In this document: positions 58,270 through 64,000 of the stretch, piece by piece
How positions within the stretch are numbered: the stretch's first letter is position 1
Layout of the letters: each line of letters starts with the position of its first letter
Source: Kiritimatiellia bacterium
Lineage (GTDB): Bacteria > Verrucomicrobiota > Kiritimatiellia > RFP12 > UBA1067
NCBI GenBank assembly: GCA_024405265.1
Contig: JAKSOZ010000003.1
Span: 17,498 to 81,497, forward strand
Direction: 5' to 3'
DNA length: 64,000 nucleotides
Notes under the pieces: model-generated
Database searches by the model: none
Told to the model about the DNA's origin: nothing
Seen by the model: the letters and a program-made list of their open reading frames with translations, nothing else
Made by a program: the position numbers and the translations under genes

Positions 58270-58593
58270 GTGGGCAATACGAAGATAGACCTATCCGGCC
58301 CGAACGAGGTACGTTCAGTCTATGCCGACCGGGAAGTCGAGAACATTCTTCAAGCTGAAGGTTCACCGCATTTACTGCCATACTTGCGGCAAGGAGTATC
58401 ACGAATCTTTTCCATTCCGGTCCTCAATGTGCATCTCGGATATCTCGCGTCTCTATTCAAAGAATGGATTTCCTTGGCTTCGGAGATTCCTGAGGTGATA
58501 GCAGCCGGGCAGATGGTCGAGAGACATCTCACGGGCATTCTCGGGTACTGGGAAGTTCAAGCGCTCGTCAAGTGCCTCAATAGAAGGATCTAA
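58270..58593 (+). pseudogene. ISL3-family transposase remnant (C-terminal fragment, decayed)
   Basis: The only plus-strand coding signal. ...KEWISLASEIPEVIAAGQMVERHLTGILGYWE...LVKCLN resembles the ISL3 C-terminus (...W.....I..F......R....GIL.YF...TN...EG.N.K). The downstream shifted frame reads GKVRWLMKQAY, like the KIK..KR.AYG tail. There is no N-terminal or DDE part. Confidence 0.5.
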
Positions 58594-58636
58594 CGGGAAA
58601 GTAAGATGGCTAATGAAGCAGGCCTATAGCTAAGCC

Positions 58637-58797
58637 TTACCTTAGGCAACCTCTACAACTCGCCTTAGGCGACACCTCCAAGTTGCCTTAGGCGACTTCA
58701 CAACTTCGCCTAAGGCGACTTCATCACTTCGCCTAAGGCGACATCGACAACTCGCCTAAGGCGACATTATAAACTCGACTAAGGCGACTTTCAGCCA
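58637..58797. repeat. Tandem array of 7 x 23 bp with palindromic core TCGCC-TWA-GGCGAC
   Basis: The CCTWAGG core recurs at 58640, 58663, 58686, 58709, 58732, 58755 and 58778, an exact 23-bp phase. Each unit has a 14-bp conserved core and a 9-bp semi-variable tail ending AAC(T). Non-coding. Confidence 0.9.
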
Positions 58798-58879
58798 CGT
58801 ACCGGCGCACACCGTCGTCTTACCCGCGAGACAGTCCCCAATAGTAATTATCATCTAGGACGCTGCCCTAGCTTCACAA

Positions 58880-59947
58880 TCAAAGTTGTTCTACTTTAAG
58901 TTTTCCTCTCTCATCAACCTTAAAGTATAGCGCGTAACAATTACGCTCGCAATGCTCGGGCATACACGAAGAAGCTTCCCGCTGATCGCGATGCTCGAGC
59001 GTAGGCGAAGGTTCTGGCGACTGATCGCGATGCTCGGGCAGTGCCCGAGCAATCTTAACGATCTCGTCATTAAGCTCCAAACACGCCCCCCGCGAGAAAT
59101 CGACCTCCTCATTACCCTCCGCTATCTCTAAATACCGATTCTCGAGGAACGCGTCGATATAGACGCTCTCTGGTTTATAATCTATCGGCATCCTATTAGG
59201 CAGTATTCTGATGAATTTCGCGCTCGAACTTTTCGCGAGCATATCTCTCACCGCTCGCTCTCCAGGGCTGATAAAACCACTTATTATGACAAAACCCTGT
59301 TCGACCGCGTTCTCCATTCGCGTGACAATCTCGTCAATCATCTTAGCCGTACATTTTCGCGATATTCTTAACGAAACGAACTTTTCTTCGTTCAACAGCG
59401 CCAGATTTCCCACCCCTTTCCAATAATCATCCCGATCCAAGCGGAATGAATCGATTGGTTCTTTGATCCGAAGCGCTTCCGGGCGATTATGCATTAGCTC
59501 ATACTTGGCCGGATTATACGCGATATATCGCGCAGTTGCTTCGATTTTCTTTCTCTTTAAGCAAAGATGATCGTGGTATCCCTGCTGCCATTTGAGCGGC
59601 GGATTTGCCGCGATATCTTTGGAATAGCGAATAAGATGGTTTTTGAAGCCCGCAATCGCCTTACCGAGGTTTTTCAACGGCTCCGGCAAGTTCGGGAGTA
59701 TTCGTATATTGAAATGGACGTGATCCGGCATGACGACTCGTTCAAATAGCTGCAAGCCATCCGTTTTTATCGGAAGTTGCGCTAGAGTACGCTCAACTTC
59801 TCGTCCAAGCTCGTTCAGAATCACCTTACCATCGACGATCTTTCCGAAATATTCGCCTCTTGGATTTGTGGTGATTGTAACGAAAAGCATCGCACCATTC
59901 GAATAATCCCACTTCTTAAATCGTCGATAGAAATGTATCTCGGCCAT
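58880..59947 (-). CDS. IS200/RAYT-like HUH (Y1) nuclease fused to a C-terminal DprA/SLOG-like domain (tentative); tail encoded by 39-bp repeats
   Basis: N-terminal LFVTITTNPR..., VVMPDHVHFNI (HUH), WQQGYHDHLCL and ARYIAYNP are COG1943-type transposase motifs. Residues about 185-300 (RISRKCT..., GFVIISGFISPGERAVRDML, FIRILPNRMPIDYKPES, LEIAE) resemble the DprA Rossmann core. Residues 303-340 are 13-aa repeats (EHRDQ...). Confidence 0.75.
   Translation of the reverse strand: MAEIHFYRRFKKWDYSNGAMLFVTITTNPRGEYFGKIVDGKVILNELGREVERTLAQLPIKTDGLQLFERVVMPDHVHFNIRILPNLPEPLKNLGKAIAGFKNHLIRYSKDIAANPPLKWQQGYHDHLCLKRKKIEATARYIAYNPAKYELMHNRPEALRIKEPIDSFRLDRDDYWKGVGNLALLNEEKFVSLRISRKCTAKMIDEIVTRMENAVEQGFVIISGFISPGERAVRDMLAKSSSAKFIRILPNRMPIDYKPESVYIDAFLENRYLEIAEGNEEVDFSRGACLELNDEIVKIARALPEHRDQSPEPSPTLEHRDQREASSCMPEHCERNCYALYFKVDERGKLKVEQL
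58943..59055 (+). repeat. 3 x 39-bp tandem REP-like repeat ending in a perfect hairpin (59032-59050)
   Basis: The GCTCGGGCA-type motif occurs at 58954, 58993 and 59032. The last unit, CTGATCGCGATGCTCGGGCA-G-TGCCCGAGC, is a 9-bp-stem palindrome. The array lies inside the 3-prime end of the HUH gene, in frame (13 codons per unit). Confidence 0.85.
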
Positions 59948-59956
59948 ATGTTAGAA

Positions 59957-59965
59957 ATTATATCA
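59957..59965 (-). promoter_or_regulatory. Putative extended -10 promoter (TGATATAAT), near-leaderless HUH gene
   Basis: Minus strand reads TGATATAAT-TTCTAACAT-ATG (ATG 59947). Confidence 0.45.
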
Positions 59966-60030
59966 TAAGCTCACACTTCCCGCAAACGAAACCTCTCGAG
60001 ACTCGCGGCTCGCAGACAGAGCTCATACCG

Positions 60031-60180
60031 CAGATTGCGATACTCGGTCGTACGCGAATGAGCTACCCTCAGATCGCGCTACTCGGGCGAAGCGTTAGTC
60101 TCGCCTCCCTGATCGCGCTGCTCGGGCGAAGCGTTAGTCCCCTCGCTCTGATCGTGATGCTCGGGCAATGCCCGAGCTAA
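60031..60180 (+). repeat. 4 x 39-bp tandem REP-like repeat ending in a perfect hairpin (60159-60177)
   Basis: Motif at 60042, 60081, 60120 and 60159, an exact 39-bp phase. The last unit, CTGATCGTGATGCTCGGGCA-A-TGCCCGAGC, has the same stem as the copy at 59032. Same orientation as the left array. Confidence 0.85.
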
Positions 60181-60209
60181 CAACAAGCGCCGCGGAGTGC
60201 GCGGCGCTT
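60178..60209 (-). terminator. Stem-loop terminator downstream of the giant surface-protein gene (possibly bidirectional)
   Basis: AAGCGCCGCG-GAGTG-CGCGGCGCTT is a perfect 10-bp GC-rich stem, 38 nt after the stop at 60247. The minus-strand tail is GUUGUUA. The plus-strand tail GUGUUGGUUUUGUU is more U-rich. Confidence 0.5.
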
Positions 60210-60246
60210 GTGTTGGTTTTGTTAGATTTCAGCCATTGACATTGAG

Positions 60247-63200
60247 TTACTTAGTCGCCTTGACGCTGACCTTGTAGTACTTCACCTTATTGTCTCCGGT
60301 GAAGGTCATCGGGATCGAGACCGTCTTCGCCTCGCCGCTCGTCGCCTGATCGCCAGAGCCGGTCGCGCTTTCAAACGTACCATCAGGCGTATCGCACGAC
60401 GAAACCGCGTAGAAGAGACCCGGAATCGGGTTCGTGATCGTGAACTGAACCTTATCCGTCGATTCCTCAGTCGGCGCGGCCATTGTCGTAACCGCCGGTT
60501 GGGTCGTCTGATCATCCTTCAGCGTCGTCGTGATCGTGCCATCTGCGGTCGTAACCGTGCAATAGTCCGTCACATCGTACGCCGAACCGCTTCCGGTCGC
60601 GCTCGGGATCTTGACGGTAATCGTTGTCGGCGCAGTGCCCGTATAGGTTGCTTCCTGTCCGGGAACGAGGGAAACCTCCGTCGTACCCTGCGGGATGACA
60701 ATCTCCGGCGGCACACCGCCGTTCTGCATCAGCTCATAGACCTTAGCCAAGCCAACCTCATTGTAAACGACGCTGTAGCCATCAACTGTGGTCGTAACCG
60801 TGCCAGTGGCAGATGCAACCGTTGCTTTCGACGCTGTAGCCGTCAGAACAAGATTACCAGCGATCGTACCCGAACCTGTAATCGTACCGGCGACTTCAAC
60901 GCCACCGACCGACGTCCAGATCTTGCCCGAGCCGATTGTAACCGTCTTGCCGCTATTAACGACAATCTTACCATCGTTCGCGGCAGTTCCGGAATCGCCG
61001 ATCGTAACGCGAAGATTCGCGGCATCGATATTACCAGTGAAGCCCTCGACACTCTTAAGGAGGATGTTCGCCGTAGAACCGGCACGCGAATTAACCTTGA
61101 GCGTACCCGAGCCGGTAACCTTGAGGCCATAGTTGTAGCCGTTGGAACTATCGCCGATCCATAGAGCCGGTTCATCATTGGCATCAACGAGTTCAACCGT
61201 CGGGCCGAAATCGCCGCCGTTAGCAAGCCAACCGACGTTGCCGGTAGTAATCACTGTCGAGCTGGCATTGCCGTAAGCATTAATGTTGAAGTTCGGGCAA
61301 GTATAGCCACCTGTCGCGCTTTCGCTGTCAGTCTTTCTGAAGGACTTCTTCAAATAAACGCTTCCGTTCCATGTATTCGCCTGGAGGCTCGTCTGAACAG
61401 CGTCAGAAGGAACGCGCTGATCATAAATGAGCTTACCATTACCCGTCAGCTTGGCCGTACCGCCAATTGTTCCTTCGATGCGAATACCTCCGGTCTTCTC
61501 GGCCTGTCCCCAGGTGCCTTCACCATTAAGAGTCAGATCGCCAAGAATGGCATTATCATGATGATCGTTATTCCAAAAGCCGAAGAGGACACGCGCACCG
61601 GAATCGATTGTAATCATCGATCCGTTCGGCATATTCTTGTTTCCGTTCGACTCCCAATCATCATGACCGAAAGTCACCGTCGCATTGTTCGTGACCTTAA
61701 TCTTTAAGGGATCAGCAGGAGCATAGTCCTTCGAGACATAAACCGCTGTTGTCTCGTTGAAAACAACAGTATCATCCGCCGTACGCGTCGTTGCGGCAGT
61801 CTTTGCCTCGTCGGCATAGAACGTCACATTAGCATCCCACGTGTTATTATTCGTGCCGGTACCTTCCTTCCAATAGATTTCGGTTGTATTGCGCTTCGCA
61901 CGGAAGTAATAGCTACCGCCCTCGTAAACAAGACCACCGGTAATATAAGACGGATAATCGGGCTTCAGAAGTTGAATCTTCTCATTGTTCGACGCAATAA
62001 CACCCGTCAACTGGAGATCGACCGGCTGATTCAAAATCAGCGCACCAGTCAGCGACGAGAAGTCAAAAATGATCTTACCATTATCACCAAGCTCCGTCGG
62101 ACCACCGGTAAAGTCAAGCGCTCCATGCTCAATCTTGACCGTCGTATTAACTTCGATCTGTCCAGCCTTGATCATATTGGCCGTCGTCTCGGCAACATCT
62201 GCTGTGAAGGTAACCGTACCCGTACCGTTAATCGTGAGCTTTTCGTACGAAGCGGGAGCCGTAAGGTTATTCGCAACCGTTACGTTCCCTTCGGTCGTCA
62301 ACACCACTGTCTGATTTTCATTCGGCTTGTCGGCCTGCGTCACCGTACCATCCTTCGATGTCAGCGTCCACGCATCCGTCTTGACCCAGTCATCATCCTC
62401 GGTAATCGTGCGCGTTGCCGTGCCATTCAGAGAGGTATACGGGAATTCATCCGCAAACGCCTTAATCGCCTTCTCGCTCAACTGGCAATCAAAGATACGA
62501 ACCGCCGAGATTGTCGAATTTGCCGCCGTCGTATCCGTCGGCTTCACAAGGCCCGTCGAGCCGACACCGCCATGCACCGAACCAACCTGCAAGCTCGAAC
62601 CGAACGACACATTCGAAACCGCCTGCTCGGCCCAATACTTGCCATCGAGATAAACGATAATCGATGTGGCAGTCTTCACAAAGCCATAAGTATGACGTGT
62701 CTCACGCGCATTCGTCACCGTCATCGGATTACCGATGACCGAATAAGCGCTGTTACCCGTCGTACGGACAAGAATAACCTCATTCGGTGAGGTGCCGGCT
62801 GCAAGGCCGATAAGTCCTCCATCTCTCGTACCAAAGGCAATCAATACGCCCTTATTCACATTCGGTACGACGCCGGCGACCAAGCAGGTCCAGGTTGTCG
62901 GATACGAGACCGTAAAGTCTGAATACGGCGTTGCCGGCGTCTTAATCGCCAAGTGATTGTCCGTAAAGCCATTGGATTGCGAGTAACCGGTATCCCAATG
63001 AAGACTATTCGTATTCTTACCCGTGCTCGCCAGATTGCGATCATAAAGGAACGTCCAATCGTAAAGCGCAGCCGTATTCTTAACAACGGGAGTAATCGGA
63101 GTCGTTCCGTTTCCGACCTGAATTTCCGTACCATCAGGCATCACGACAGGTATCTTCACATCGTCGCCAAGTCCCTGGATCGTAATCGAGCCCTGAATCA

Positions 63201-64000
63201 GGTTCTCATTATCGGTAATGGCCGTCTTCACATCACCCTCCTCAACCGTCAACTTGGAGAAGTCGCGGAGATTATGAATGACAAGCGTGCCGGCACCGGT
63301 CTTCTTAAGCGTGCCTGTACCGGTAAACGTCGCATTAAGTGTCATCGTCTTACCGGAAGCAACGTCAAGAGTCGTCTCCGTACCATCCTTCAACGTAATC
63401 GGATTGGCTGTGTCGATAATGAGGTTATTTTCGATGGAACGCACAGTACCGCCGGCCAAGGTCAGAGTCTTACCATCCTTGAAATAAAGGCCCCACTTAC
63501 CAAGTTCAAGGACACCATTTTCAAGTACCTTCAGGGACGAGGCATGGACGCGATTATTGTAGCTGATGCCCATCGCCTTGAAAGTCGCGGTAGCCGAACC
63601 GCCGCCAATCGTCATATCAACGCTGGAGTCGCGTCCGAAGCCGACAGTACCCGTATGCGCATCAATTTCACCACCGACGAAATTGTAGGTCGTCTTGGCA
63701 TTCGGCCAGTGCGCGAAAAGGACAGGCCCTTCCTGGTTATCCATTGTCGAAGGATCCCGATCAAGTTCCTTGGACAGCGTAATCGTTCCGCTCTTCTGAG
63801 TAATCGTCTGCACAGCGCCATTCGAGTTGCCCGTAAGAAGACGTGTAGCGGAGAAATTGCCTTCGAAAATATAATTCGCCTTCTTCTGAGACATACCGAT
63901 GACACCTGTCGCTGTCACCGGACGCGCAACTTCAACAGTTCCCTTCACCTCCGTTGTCTCATACGGAAGAGCCGAGAGCGCCGTCGTGCCTTCAAAGCGA
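60247..64000 (-). CDS. Giant surface protein with autotransporter-associated beta-strand repeats and a LamG/concanavalin-like domain; 5-prime end outside the window
   Basis: More than 1250 aa. The frame stays open upstream of the track start (GTG 63948) to position 64000. TGTGTLKKTGAGTLVIHNL-type repeats. Residues about 296-515 look like a LamG domain (...ILVRTTGNSAYSV...IVYLDGKYWAEQ...RIFDCQLSEKAIKAF). T/G/N-rich beta-helix-like remainder. Confidence 0.8.
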   Translation of the reverse strand, partial: RFEGTTALSALPYETTEVKGTVEVARPVTATGVIGMSQKKANYIFEGNFSATRLLTGNSNGAVQTITQKSGTITLSKELDRDPSTMDNQEGPVLFAHWPNAKTTYNFVGGEIDAHTGTVGFGRDSSVDMTIGGGSATATFKAMGISYNNRVHASSLKVLENGVLELGKWGLYFKDGKTLTLAGGTVRSIENNLIIDTANPITLKDGTETTLDVASGKTMTLNATFTGTGTLKKTGAGTLVIHNLRDFSKLTVEEGDVKTAITDNENLIQGSITIQGLGDDVKIPVVMPDGTEIQVGNGTTPITPVVKNTAALYDWTFLYDRNLASTGKNTNSLHWDTGYSQSNGFTDNHLAIKTPATPYSDFTVSYPTTWTCLVAGVVPNVNKGVLIAFGTRDGGLIGLAAGTSPNEVILVRTTGNSAYSVIGNPMTVTNARETRHTYGFVKTATSIIVYLDGKYWAEQAVSNVSFGSSLQVGSVHGGVGSTGLVKPTDTTAANSTISAVRIFDCQLSEKAIKAFADEFPYTSLNGTATRTITEDDDWVKTDAWTLTSKDGTVTQADKPNENQTVVLTTEGNVTVANNLTAPASYEKLTINGTGTVTFTADVAETTANMIKAGQIEVNTTVKIEHGALDFTGGPTELGDNGKIIFDFSSLTGALILNQPVDLQLTGVIASNNEKIQLLKPDYPSYITGGLVYEGGSYYFRAKRNTTEIYWKEGTGTNNNTWDANVTFYADEAKTAATTRTADDTVVFNETTAVYVSKDYAPADPLKIKVTNNATVTFGHDDWESNGNKNMPNGSMITIDSGARVLFGFWNNDHHDNAILGDLTLNGEGTWGQAEKTGGIRIEGTIGGTAKLTGNGKLIYDQRVPSDAVQTSLQANTWNGSVYLKKSFRKTDSESATGGYTCPNFNINAYGNASSTVITTGNVGWLANGGDFGPTVELVDANDEPALWIGDSSNGYNYGLKVTGSGTLKVNSRAGSTANILLKSVEGFTGNIDAANLRVTIGDSGTAANDGKIVVNSGKTVTIGSGKIWTSVGGVEVAGTITGSGTIAGNLVLTATASKATVASATGTVTTTVDGYSVVYNEVGLAKVYELMQNGGVPPEIVIPQGTTEVSLVPGQEATYTGTAPTTITVKIPSATGSGSAYDVTDYCTVTTADGTITTTLKDDQTTQPAVTTMAAPTEESTDKVQFTITNPIPGLFYAVSSCDTPDGTFESATGSGDQATSGEAKTVSIPMTFTGDNKVKYYKVSVKATK

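Noticed and set aside
58350-58538. 62-aa minus-strand ORF inside the transposase relic
   Set aside because: It is short, has no start context or motifs, and lies antisense to the better-supported transposase-like frame.
58637-58797. 23-bp array considered as a CRISPR array
   Set aside because: The conserved part is 14 bp and the variable part 9 bp, far below CRISPR repeat and spacer sizes. The variable parts share an AAC(T) end. There are no cas genes or leader in the window.
58800-58879. CTAGG-GCAGCGT-CCTAG stem-loop just after the HUH gene stop, considered as a terminator
   Set aside because: The stem is only 5 bp and is followed by AUGAUAAUUAC, not a U-tract. This is too weak to call.
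58943-60180. 39-bp arrays considered as CRISPR repeats or integron attC sites
   Set aside because: The units are directly abutting with no spacers, so this is not CRISPR. No intI integrase, attI or cassette ORFs are present, so the integron reading has no support. The REP/IS200-like reading fits better because of the adjacent HUH gene.
60499-62790. Plus-strand ORFs inside the giant gene (221 aa, 272 aa and others)
   Set aside because: They are antisense to the repeat-rich surface protein. The R-rich translations have no features.

Overview
64 kb chromosomal segment. Gene content suggests a PVC-group bacterium (Lentisphaerota, Verrucomicrobiota or Kiritimatiellota-like); this is an inference from an autotransporter-associated beta-strand-repeat giant protein, type III glutamine synthetase, eukaryote-type UDP-sugar enzymes and a serpin. 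I call 54 protein genes and one tRNA-Leu(UAG), all on the minus strand. They are tightly packed, with many 1-4 nt start/stop overlaps. The only plus-strand coding signal is a decayed ISL3-like transposase fragment. Positions 1-58190 are mostly housekeeping: metX-cysE, dnaJ-grpE, argG, ligA, rpoN, secA, ribBA, pyrE, era, purA, ilvBN, glnN, alr, aroQ, dapF, dxs, tsaD, and envelope genes kdsB, lptA, an lpxL-like gene, ugd and glycosyltransferases. This part includes several gene fusions (RpiB-SHMT, MurU-AmgK) and an unassigned 695-aa protein with a kinase-like signature. The long plus-strand ORFs in the track are antisense shadow ORFs. A recurring extended -10 element (TGNTATAAT) marks about a dozen putative promoters. 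Six of them lie only 6-9 nt from the start codon, which implies leaderless or near-leaderless mRNAs. The most unusual region is a small islet at 58.2-60.25 kb. It holds the transposase relic, a perfectly phased 7 x 23-bp palindrome-core repeat array, and an IS200/RAYT-like HUH gene whose C-terminal half looks DprA/SLOG-like. That gene is bracketed by two same-orientation 39-bp tandem arrays, each ending in the same perfect 9-bp-stem hairpin. The islet is followed by a terminator and a giant LamG-containing surface protein that runs off the window. All calls come from reading the sequence and remembered family motifs; no searches were run.
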